DNA from: a virus
Taxonomy: Duplodnaviria; Caudoviricetes
IMG/VR virus record: IMGVR_UViG_3300021958_000041
Location: 1-64,000 of that record
Direction: 5' to 3' (one strand)
DNA: 64,000 nt
This document shows, piece after piece, positions 56,061 to 64,000 of this stretch. A model generated the notes under the pieces. It was given only the letters and a program-made list of their open reading frames with translations. It was not told where the DNA came from and did not search any database. A program made the translations under genes and the position numbers. Positions within the stretch are counted from its first letter, which is position 1, and the number at the start of each line of letters is the position of its first letter.

Positions 56061-56870
56061 ATGTCACTGAATTCATTTTGTGCTGTCGCAAATAGTAAGT
56101 ACAAAAAAGAAGCTGCTTTTTTAATATATTCAATACGAGCATTTTACGAACACCCGATACTGCTGTATTGCGATGTTGACACGAGACAATATTTAAAAGG
56201 TTTTGGATTTAAGAATATATTCTATCGTGACCATTTAAATCAGACAAAACTTGGTGAGATAAACCAAAAAGTAGTTCACGTAAAACGTCACAATGAGTTC
56301 CATTCTCCTGAGTATATATACTTAAAGATGGACGCTATGGAGGAAGCCATATCAAACTTTGGAAATACATTGTTTGTTGATTCTGATATATGCATAGTAA
56401 GACCAATTGCTAATGAAATGCCAATTGATGATTTGGGACTATCGCCCCATTATAGCGAGCGTAATTATGTTAAGAGTACAATTGCGTTTGGAATCTTTAA
56501 TGCAGGCTATGTATACGCACAGAACAAAGAAGTACCACAAGAATGGAAGCATATATATTTAAATGAATCTAAGTTTTACGAGCAAGAAGGTATGTATAAA
56601 CTTATGAATAAATTTAAATTTTCTATTTTTGATAAAACACACAATGTAGGATTTTGGAGATTCAATCAGCAATGGACGAATGGCAGTTTAGTTAAGTCAA
56701 GCTTGCAAGGTGTAGATAAATCCAATGTAAAATCTTGGCATTTTCACATAGATATGGACACATACAAAAGTGCTGATAAAGTGTTAAGAGATGGATATAA
56801 ACAAATATACGATGAAATTATATTATCTTTGCCACAACATATGAAATGGTTTTTAAAGAAACTGACATGA
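56061..56870 (+). CDS. GT-A nucleotide-diphospho-sugar transferase
   Basis: YLKMDAM...TLFVDSDI (DxD), FNAGYV, YEQ, NVGFWR, HFH. Start reassigned to ATG 56061. Confidence 0.75.
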   Translation: MSLNSFCAVANSKYKKEAAFLIYSIRAFYEHPILLYCDVDTRQYLKGFGFKNIFYRDHLNQTKLGEINQKVVHVKRHNEFHSPEYIYLKMDAMEEAISNFGNTLFVDSDICIVRPIANEMPIDDLGLSPHYSERNYVKSTIAFGIFNAGYVYAQNKEVPQEWKHIYLNESKFYEQEGMYKLMNKFKFSIFDKTHNVGFWRFNQQWTNGSLVKSSLQGVDKSNVKSWHFHIDMDTYKSADKVLRDGYKQIYDEIILSLPQHMKWFLKKLT

Positions 56871-58435
56871 TTAATTATGTTTATTGCAGTACTAATCCCG
56901 ACCAAAAGAAATTAGCACAAGGTATAATTAATTATTCATTTGTAAGTGGATGTCCTATATATGACCAATATTCATCAGGAGATTACGGGGCAGAAATTGT
57001 AAGCAAATTAACAGGTAAAATTTTTGTGCAATGGATGATTGCAATTTCAGATTTAGAGAAAATAGCTAAACCAGATTGGTACTTTTGGGTTGGTGTAGAT
57101 TATTTAAATTATTTAAAAAGCGGAAAACAGCCAGCTAATGTTAAGTACATAGCAAATTGTTACCATGTACAGCAGAAATTACTCGAAGATTATGGAATAA
57201 AATCGCGCGTAATATCAAGAATTGGTAAAGCTGTAGAGATTAAGAAAACTTTTCTCGATTTTAAAAAAATAAGAATCGGTATACTCGATGTATGGCATGA
57301 ATCATATAAACATAAAGAAATATATGATAATTTAAATACTTCCTTAATAAAAGACTTTGAGCTTTTTGGCACAGGGCAAGGAGAATATAAATTACACGAC
57401 AACACTTTATTAGATTCAGAAATTAAAGAAAAATGTCCATATATAAGATTATGCGAATTTAATACACTTGATATGGATGTGTTACTCGTAAGTAATTTTG
57501 GTAATGAAAGTAATATTAATAAATGTTTAAATGATGGAGTTCCAGTTGTTTCTGTACCAAGCATATATGCGCTAGATTTAGAAAAGAAATACAGTTGCAT
57601 AAGTATTGCACGAGGTGGTAACTGGGGGGATGCGGTAATTAAGTCCTTAAGCCCACAAATAGTAAACGGGAGAAAGCAAATAGCTAGTCTAACATCAGAT
57701 GAGCAGATGCAAAATATTTTTCATAGCTATAGCGCGAAGCTCGATTTAAGGCATAGAAAATTAAATAAAATAAATATCTTTGGTATGTTTAGAAATAATG
57801 AAGATACTATTGGCAAAACGCTTTCATATCTTAAAATAAATGAGAGAAAAATAAACGTGCCATGCTCTTACTATCTATATGAAAATGATAGTGATGATGA
57901 TACTCCCGAACAAATTAAGGAATTTTATAGACATACGAACGGAAAATATAAAAGTGAAATACTTGGGAATAAAATGCATGCAGGAACCTCACGCCCTGAA
58001 AGATTGAGAGACTTAGCAATATATAGAAATAAGATGAAAGAGCTATGCGATGATTGGTCAAGTGAGTATAGTTTCATAATTGACAGTGAGATAGACTTTC
58101 CTTCTGATATATTTATAAAAATGATTACAACCTTAGAGTCTCATAAGGATTGTGTTATGGTAACACCTTTCGGGACTCATGAATATAACAATGAATATTA
58201 TGATATTTTTGCATACCTTAATAAGCAAGGGGAGAAGACGCCCCCTTCACCCCAGCGTATATCGGAAGCTAATTCCGCTTTTTCAGGGTTTGCGTGCATT
58301 AAAACCAGCGTATTTGAGAAGTGTCATTGGAACGCTCTTGCTGATGTTAGCGAACATATCTTCTTTTGCGATATGGTGCGTCAGTACGGAAAAATAATCA
58401 TAGACCCATCAATTAAGGTAACTTGGAAAAAGTGA
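56867..58435 (+). CDS. Two-domain glycosyltransferase (GT-B-like N-terminus, GT-A/Anp1-like C-terminus)
   Basis: N-terminal KCLNDGVPVVS (GT-B-like). C-terminal YLYENDSDDDT, LAIYRN, FIIDSEI, YYDIFAY, NSAFSGFA, SEHIFFC. Start at 56867 (ATGA overlap). Confidence 0.65.
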   Translation: MINYVYCSTNPDQKKLAQGIINYSFVSGCPIYDQYSSGDYGAEIVSKLTGKIFVQWMIAISDLEKIAKPDWYFWVGVDYLNYLKSGKQPANVKYIANCYHVQQKLLEDYGIKSRVISRIGKAVEIKKTFLDFKKIRIGILDVWHESYKHKEIYDNLNTSLIKDFELFGTGQGEYKLHDNTLLDSEIKEKCPYIRLCEFNTLDMDVLLVSNFGNESNINKCLNDGVPVVSVPSIYALDLEKKYSCISIARGGNWGDAVIKSLSPQIVNGRKQIASLTSDEQMQNIFHSYSAKLDLRHRKLNKINIFGMFRNNEDTIGKTLSYLKINERKINVPCSYYLYENDSDDDTPEQIKEFYRHTNGKYKSEILGNKMHAGTSRPERLRDLAIYRNKMKELCDDWSSEYSFIIDSEIDFPSDIFIKMITTLESHKDCVMVTPFGTHEYNNEYYDIFAYLNKQGEKTPPSPQRISEANSAFSGFACIKTSVFEKCHWNALADVSEHIFFCDMVRQYGKIIIDPSIKVTWKK

Positions 58436-58960
58436 ATGAAAGAAAGGATAATACAAGCAAGTCCTGGCCACACAGGAAGTACTATTCTAGTAAATTTACT
58501 ATATGGTTTATTAGAACCAAATTCCGATGTGAACTTTCAAGGTAAAACTGAGAACCTTGGAAAAAAATTTATTACCAAAACGCATAAACTGAACCTTGAT
58601 TCCATCATCAATAATTTAAAAGATAATGAAATATATTTTGTAATGTCAGAAAGGAACGACAAGAAAGTAAAAAAACTGATAAATCAAAAATACAGAAACT
58701 ATAAAAATGTATTAATATTCAATTTTTTTGAATTACTTGAAACTGAAAATAATACTATCTCCCAGATATGCATAAATGCAGAAAAGAAGCTAAGAAAGTT
58801 TTTACCTACGACAGCATTGAAATATGCAAAAGGTGATTTGCAAACAATGAAAAATAGAATAATTGCCATGAATGCGACTTATGAAAAAATTAAAAACGAA
58901 CCTTTTTCATATGTAAATAAGTTTTATCATATTCATGGCTCACATAGAAACAGGAAGTAA
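58436..58960 (+). CDS. Sulfotransferase-like protein
   Basis: ASPGHTGSTILVNLL (5'-PSB-like loop), FITKTH, SER. Confidence 0.55.
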   Translation: MKERIIQASPGHTGSTILVNLLYGLLEPNSDVNFQGKTENLGKKFITKTHKLNLDSIINNLKDNEIYFVMSERNDKKVKKLINQKYRNYKNVLIFNFFELLETENNTISQICINAEKKLRKFLPTTALKYAKGDLQTMKNRIIAMNATYEKIKNEPFSYVNKFYHIHGSHRNRK

Positions 58961-58964
58961 AGCT

Positions 58965-59636
58965 ATGATAGACACTAAAAATAAAATAATTTTCATTCAC
59001 ATACCTAGAACTGGAGGTTCTCAATTTAGTAATCATTATTATAATGATGTTCTCTCAGAGCATTTGCCCGTTGAAATATATAGCAATTATTGCAGTTACG
59101 GAGACTTTGACGCAAAGCATTTTAGGTATAAAGATTACAAGCATTTTATTGGTCCTAAAATAAATGAATATAAGATTGTTACTGTTGTAAGAAATTCATA
59201 TGACCTAGCAGTATCTAATTGGATGATGCATTACAATTCGCTAGAAACAAAGAGTGAGGCGTCAAAAGAATTTTGTAAAGATTTTACTTCTTTTGTTGGG
59301 TGGTTAGAGCATCAGAAAAAAGCAGGGAATAAGCACCCCAACTGGACTTTTCTAAGTCCTTATAATTCAATGAAGCAATTAGAATACATAGAGGGTGCAG
59401 AGAATTGCGAAATCATTAGATACGAAAATTACAACCAAGACGTTCGTAAGTTTTTCCTCAACAATTTTGGTATAGAAACTAAATTAAAAAGATACACCAA
59501 TGATGAGTTGAGGAAAAGAGAATCTTATAAAAACAGAAAAATGAACTATTCAATTTATTATGATTCTGACTTAAAAAAAAGAATAGAAAATTTGTATAGA
59601 AAAGAAATAGATTATTTTGATTATAAAATAGAGTGA
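58965..59636 (+). CDS. Sulfotransferase family 2 (carbohydrate sulfotransferase-like)
   Basis: IIFIHIPRTGGS (5'-PSB), VRNSYDLAVS (3'-PB), IIRYEN, YRKEIDYFDY. Start reassigned to ATG 58965. Confidence 0.82.
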   Translation: MIDTKNKIIFIHIPRTGGSQFSNHYYNDVLSEHLPVEIYSNYCSYGDFDAKHFRYKDYKHFIGPKINEYKIVTVVRNSYDLAVSNWMMHYNSLETKSEASKEFCKDFTSFVGWLEHQKKAGNKHPNWTFLSPYNSMKQLEYIEGAENCEIIRYENYNQDVRKFFLNNFGIETKLKRYTNDELRKRESYKNRKMNYSIYYDSDLKKRIENLYRKEIDYFDYKIE

Positions 59637-60454
59637 TGAAGAATTATATTTTATATAGACTAGGAGATGACGGAATAGGTTGTACTTTATTAAGGTTTGC
59701 ATATTTGAATAAGGTATTTCCAGACAAGAAAATAATAATCAGTCCTGAAAGTTGGTGTTATTTTGACAATAATTATGATTATGATGAAATTGCAAAAGTA
59801 TTTAATTTCCACCCTAAAGCAATTTTAGCACCGCAAGTAATAAGCAAAATTAAAAAGGAACAAATTTTAAATCCAAGAGCAAAAACAAAAAAGGATTCAT
59901 ATTATGAATTAATTCAAAGCTATAATACAAAAGGATTAACAGCTATAGAAATCATTAATTCTACTGAGATTAATGAAGGTAATTTATTATTTTCACTTAA
60001 AGAACAGCCATCAATGCCATTAAATGCTTCTAATTTAGTAGGTGTACATGCAAGACTTGGTAATGGTGAACTCAGAGTGGATGGAACTTTGATTCCGAGA
60101 ATGAATGTATTAATGGAAACTTTCATAAAAAACATGAAAAAGTTTGAAACAAATAATTTTTATGTATGCTCAGATACAGAAAGTTTTATTGATTTGTGTA
60201 AAAAAGAATTTGGCAAAAGAATTATAACGCAATCAAGATTTTATGCGCCAAGAGGTCAAGGGCCAGGACATAAACGTAAATTAAGGAAACAACACATGAA
60301 TCCAGTTGAGCAAATAAAGGAAGCCTTAATAGACATAACTCTATTATCAAAATGCACACATTTAATATGCAACGGAAGCGCCTTTGTTAAATTTGCTAAA
60401 AGTAAAATTAAAAAAGAAAATATTAAAGATGTCAGATGTAAAAAATTTTTATAA
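59633..60454 (+). CDS. Fucosyltransferase-like GT-B enzyme (NodZ/GT23/O-FucT-like)
   Basis: VGVHARLGN, FYVCSD, EALIDITLLSKCTHLI..GSAF. Confidence 0.72.
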   Translation: MMKNYILYRLGDDGIGCTLLRFAYLNKVFPDKKIIISPESWCYFDNNYDYDEIAKVFNFHPKAILAPQVISKIKKEQILNPRAKTKKDSYYELIQSYNTKGLTAIEIINSTEINEGNLLFSLKEQPSMPLNASNLVGVHARLGNGELRVDGTLIPRMNVLMETFIKNMKKFETNNFYVCSDTESFIDLCKKEFGKRIITQSRFYAPRGQGPGHKRKLRKQHMNPVEQIKEALIDITLLSKCTHLICNGSAFVKFAKSKIKKENIKDVRCKKFL

Positions 60455-61343
60455 AATAAAAAAGCACTTTGAAAGGTGCGAACACCCTGAAAAGTTTTTC
60501 CAAAAAAGGAAAAAACAGTTCAATAGTATAGATGTATCAGAAAGTAGAAACATACAGGGTGGAAGCTTTATAATAGATAATATAGTATATATTAATTTAG
60601 ATTCAGCAGTAGAGCGCAGAAAAGAAACAGAAAAAGCTTTCAAGTCAGCAAACATTAAAAGCTTCGATAGATTTTCTGCGATAGCGGGAATAGATTACCC
60701 TACGATGAGCGCACTAACTCTTGTCGCAGAAAATAAAACCACAAATTTATTGGATGTAGGTGACAGACTAACTTGGGACAATGCAACAATATGGGATGAG
60801 GGGAAAACAGAACGTATCCTAAATAGATTAAAGTTCAGAAATAAGGCAGCTGCTGTTATTTCCCATTCAAAGTTATTGGATTTGTGTGTAAATAAATATA
60901 ATAATTGGGTACTAGCATTTGAGGATGATTTTACTTTGAACTATAATTTTGAAGAATTTTTAGAAAAAGTAAGACCATTAACGGAAAAATATGACTTCAT
61001 AGTAACAGAGTCACGACAAGGTCTATCACAAAGAAACGGAACAGGAATTGGAGCTTGCGGATATATGTATAATTGCTCGAAAATTCCAAAAGATTTCAAA
61101 AAATATTATTGTGTATCAGATTCAAAATATTTTTCAGATTACACGGCAAAGCCAGTATATATGACAATGAGTGCGGACTTACGTCTCCATAATTCGTTAA
61201 GGCGCGCAAATATCAGAGTCACACATATGGAGGAGCCATTTGTAAATAGTTATGGACTGCATGGATTTTCGCAGTCTGATAGTAGTTACCGAGCAAGCAC
61301 AATAGCGGTAAATCCAAAGCTGAATTGTTTCAATGAAGGGTAA
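60429..61343 (+). CDS. Glycosyltransferase family 25-like
   Basis: VYINLDSAVERR...RFSAIAG...SHSKL...LAFEDDF...GACGY. Start reassigned to ATG 60429. Confidence 0.8.
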   Translation: MSDVKNFYKIKKHFERCEHPEKFFQKRKKQFNSIDVSESRNIQGGSFIIDNIVYINLDSAVERRKETEKAFKSANIKSFDRFSAIAGIDYPTMSALTLVAENKTTNLLDVGDRLTWDNATIWDEGKTERILNRLKFRNKAAAVISHSKLLDLCVNKYNNWVLAFEDDFTLNYNFEEFLEKVRPLTEKYDFIVTESRQGLSQRNGTGIGACGYMYNCSKIPKDFKKYYCVSDSKYFSDYTAKPVYMTMSADLRLHNSLRRANIRVTHMEEPFVNSYGLHGFSQSDSSYRASTIAVNPKLNCFNEG

Positions 61344-61357
61344 GTAGAGCGGTAGCT

Positions 61358-61858
61358 ATGGAGAAAACATTAATAAATCACGTATGCTCTTTAGGCTTTA
61401 ATTGCATGCCATCCTTTTTCCTACAAGCACAATCTTTAAAAATAAAAAGCTACCCAATTGATTGGTGTTTTAGTAGTCAGAAAGCAATAAGATATTGTAT
61501 AAAAAATAAGTTCAAGGATTTTTTAAATACAGATTTGCATAAACGTTATCCGAAAAACAAAAACTATATATATAATATTAAAACTAAAATAATTTACCCA
61601 CATGGTCGTCATCCACTCAACGATATGCCATATTATGAAAGGTGCGTTGCGAGATTTAATAAAATGATTGAAAGTGGGGAGCCAATCCTTTTCGTTACAA
61701 GTTTCAAAAAAAGAAATCTACTCGAAGCTGAACTCAGGAAATTGAATGAAAACATTTATTTTATTGAAATTCATGGAAGGAGAAAAGAAGTTGAAAGCTT
61801 GCATTTGATTAACAAAGAATACGATTTAAGAAAAAAATACGAAATAAAATTAAAATGA
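61358..61858 (+). CDS. DUF1796-like putative papain-fold cysteine peptidase
   Basis: SLGFNC...SYPIDW...YPH...YERCVARF. Confidence 0.65.
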   Translation: MEKTLINHVCSLGFNCMPSFFLQAQSLKIKSYPIDWCFSSQKAIRYCIKNKFKDFLNTDLHKRYPKNKNYIYNIKTKIIYPHGRHPLNDMPYYERCVARFNKMIESGEPILFVTSFKKRNLLEAELRKLNENIYFIEIHGRRKEVESLHLINKEYDLRKKYEIKLK

Positions 61859-63126
61859 AAAAATTAACAATAGGTTCCGCAGTATACGATGACCCTGAAG
61901 GTGTGTGGTACACATATCAATCATTGCGATTGAATAATAAAGATATATTAGACCAAATAGATTTTATAGTAGTCGATAACCACCCAACAGGATTGCCATC
62001 TAAAGATACAAGAGCAATATGTAGAGACTTATCAATAAATTACATCCCTAGTGGAGAGCGCAGGACAACGGCTATAAGGAATAAGATATTTGAAAATTCT
62101 AAAACTCCTTGGACTATGTGCATTGATAGCCATGTATTATTCGAACCTGAAACAATTAAAAACCTAATAAACTGGTTGGATAAAAATCCTGATTGTGAAG
62201 ACTTAATACAAGGTCCACTCCTATATGATTTTTTCGATAAAGAAAAATCCATATCAACTCACATGAACCCGACTTGGCGCTCATATATGTATGGAATTTG
62301 GGCAAGAGATGAAAGAGGAGAAGATATTAATGGTGAGCCTTTTGAGATACCAATGCAAGGATTAGGTGTATTTGCCTGTAAGACAGACAAATGGCTACCA
62401 TTTCACCCCTTATTTAAAGGATTTGGTGGCGAGGAAGGATATATACATGAGAAGTTCAGGAAAGCAGGAAGAAAAACATTATGCCTACCTTTCTTGAGGT
62501 GGTTGCATAAATTCAGGAAATCTGAGCCAGTACCTTATCCAAATATAGTAGAGGAAAGAATTCACAATTATACAATTGGTCATTTGGATAATGGAAAGAA
62601 TTTAGACTCAATGAGAAAACATTTTGAAGAAAATTTAGGAGCGTTGAAAACAAGAAACTCAATTGAGTCAGCGGAAGAAATATTTAAAGCTCACAAAGAA
62701 GACCCAGAGATGATAGAGCAGATGTTTTTTGAGAACGACAGCATAGAGGTAGCGCCCAAGCCTCCAAAAGAAGATGTCGAACCTAGAGATTTAGCTTGGT
62801 CAGGAGTTATTATTACCCGACCAAAGAATGCAGACAAAATTAAGAAAGTCCGTGTAATACCTAAAAAATCGTTATTAGATAAAGTCTACCTAACTCCCTT
62901 AAGTGTATATAATAAAGAGAAAGGCAAGTACCAACCCAAAGCGAATAAGGAGTTTACAAAAGAAGGATTCGTACTTGATGTAGGAGAAGCTATAGATTTT
63001 GAATTTGACGAAAAATTCGAGACTAATTCATTTGAAATATATCCCGCCAAAGACCCTTTACATATAAGGCATATGGAGGTCTTTTACACTCTAGATAATA
63101 AAGAGTGGACTCAATTCGTATTTTAG
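61855..63126 (+). CDS. Glycosyltransferase family 2 with an extra C-terminal domain
   Basis: LTIGSAVYDD, FIVVDN, RNKIF, CIDSHV, GFGGEEGYIH. Confidence 0.78.
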   Translation: MKKLTIGSAVYDDPEGVWYTYQSLRLNNKDILDQIDFIVVDNHPTGLPSKDTRAICRDLSINYIPSGERRTTAIRNKIFENSKTPWTMCIDSHVLFEPETIKNLINWLDKNPDCEDLIQGPLLYDFFDKEKSISTHMNPTWRSYMYGIWARDERGEDINGEPFEIPMQGLGVFACKTDKWLPFHPLFKGFGGEEGYIHEKFRKAGRKTLCLPFLRWLHKFRKSEPVPYPNIVEERIHNYTIGHLDNGKNLDSMRKHFEENLGALKTRNSIESAEEIFKAHKEDPEMIEQMFFENDSIEVAPKPPKEDVEPRDLAWSGVIITRPKNADKIKKVRVIPKKSLLDKVYLTPLSVYNKEKGKYQPKANKEFTKEGFVLDVGEAIDFEFDEKFETNSFEIYPAKDPLHIRHMEVFYTLDNKEWTQFVF

Positions 63127-63129
63127 TTA

Positions 63130-64000
63130 ATGGATAACGAATTAGCTCATGAAGGCAGGCTAGCGCTAACAAAGCAGGCTCGCTCAGATTTAATGGCTTA
63201 TGTATTAGCCAATGACCCTCTGTATATACCCTCAAAAGTTCATGTATATTTATGTGATAAGTTGCAAAAGCTAATCGAATCTAAAGGTGAACGTAGGCTC
63301 ATTATAAATATGCCCCCACAGCATGGTAAGAGTAGACTTGTTGCTGAAGAGTTTGCTTCCTATCTACTTGGAATAGACCCGTCTCAAAATATTGTAATTG
63401 CTGGATACAACACTGAGCTGCCATTAAAAAACTCAAAATCTATTCGCAGGCGCTTTGATAGTGATACATACAGAGCTATTTTCCCAAAATCAAAAATGTC
63501 TGCTGACACTAGAACTGCAAACAATTGGATGACTACCGAATTAGGTGGAATTAGAGCAGTTGGTCTAGGCGCAGGATTGACGGGAAATCGAGCGTCATGT
63601 CTTATTATTGATGACCCGCACAAGGATAGAGCCGCAGCGGAATCTCTTACATCCAGAGAACATGTTTGGGATTGGTATCAATCAGTTGCTATGACACGAC
63701 TAACTCCTGATAGTATAGTTATAATAATTATGACTAGATGGCATGAAGATGATTTAGTAGGAAGATTGAGTGATGAAAAATACATCGAGCAATTAACATC
63801 TCAAGGTTTTGAAAATCAAGTATATGAAATCATTAACTTTCCAGCAATTTGCGAAGACGAAGATAATGATATGCTAGGCAGGAAAAATGGTGAAGCATTA
63901 TGGCCTGAAAATAAAGATACAAACTTTATAGAAGCGAGAAAAGTTATGCTTACTCCGTATGAATATAATGCACTATACAGAGGTAATCCAGTATCCAAAG
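63130..64000 (+). CDS. terL: Terminase large subunit (5' part, runs off the window, not in the ORF track)
   Basis: My translation from ATG 63130: RLIINMPPQHGKS (Walker A), GAGLTG, LIIDDPHKD (Walker B), IIIMTRWHEDDL. Confidence 0.92.
   Translation, partial: MDNELAHEGRLALTKQARSDLMAYVLANDPLYIPSKVHVYLCDKLQKLIESKGERRLIINMPPQHGKSRLVAEEFASYLLGIDPSQNIVIAGYNTELPLKNSKSIRRRFDSDTYRAIFPKSKMSADTRTANNWMTTELGGIRAVGLGAGLTGNRASCLIIDDPHKDRAAAESLTSREHVWDWYQSVAMTRLTPDSIVIIIMTRWHEDDLVGRLSDEKYIEQLTSQGFENQVYEIINFPAICEDEDNDMLGRKNGEALWPENKDTNFIEARKVMLTPYEYNALYRGNPVSK

Noticed and set aside
3822-63184. 12-bp repeat AGCAGGCTCGCT at 3822 and 63173 as att or terminal repeat
   Set aside because: 12-mer matches are expected by chance in 64 kb, and the second copy is inside terL coding sequence
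365-63998. All minus-strand ORFs and nested short plus-strand ORFs in the track
   Set aside because: They shadow longer, motif-bearing plus-strand genes, have no recognisable motifs, and show the composition expected of antisense frames
1-64000. CRISPR array, integrase/att site, IS element, intron or intein
   Set aside because: No regularly spaced repeat-spacer units or recombinase/transposase motifs were seen, and the core genes (helicases, portal, capsid, terL part) read uninterrupted
1-64000. Stop-codon reassignment
   Set aside because: Long genes are intact in the standard code, and TAA, TAG and TGA all occur at tight gene junctions

Overview
This is about 64 kb of an AT-rich tailed dsDNA bacteriophage (Caudoviricetes). 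It looks siphovirus-like: HK97-type portal, protease and capsid, a 1675-aa tape measure protein, and no tail sheath. Every credible gene is on the + strand and reads in the standard code. Gene order: (1) early/accessory genes (amidoligase, pyrimidine-dimer glycosylase-like, SDR epimerase-like, RHH regulator, PD-(D/E)XK nuclease); (2) recombination and replication (OB-fold SSB-like, Rad50/SbcC-like ATPase, UvrD helicase, metallophosphoesterase, initiator with internal repeats, T7 gp4/Twinkle-type primase-helicase, KH protein, HNH, RecU); (3) a ParB, MazG and two-glycosyltransferase cassette of the type linked to DNA base hypermodification; (4) head, neck and tail genes with a clean -1 frameshift in the tail chaperone; (5) large tail and fibre proteins carrying poly-Thr tracts; (6) a 7-kb island of glycosyltransferases, a fucosyltransferase-like gene and two sulfotransferases; (7) the large terminase, cut by the window end. 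I saw no DNA polymerase, integrase, lysis gene, canonical tRNA or CRISPR array. Best leads: a possible virion glycosylation/sulfation pathway (island plus poly-Thr acceptors plus a tail-embedded GT), a ~180-nt CCA-ending structured RNA with tmRNA-like topology, the DNA-glycosylation cassette, a KhpA-like KH protein, and apparent GATC avoidance. All family calls come from reading motifs by eye. No database search was run, and the host is not determined.
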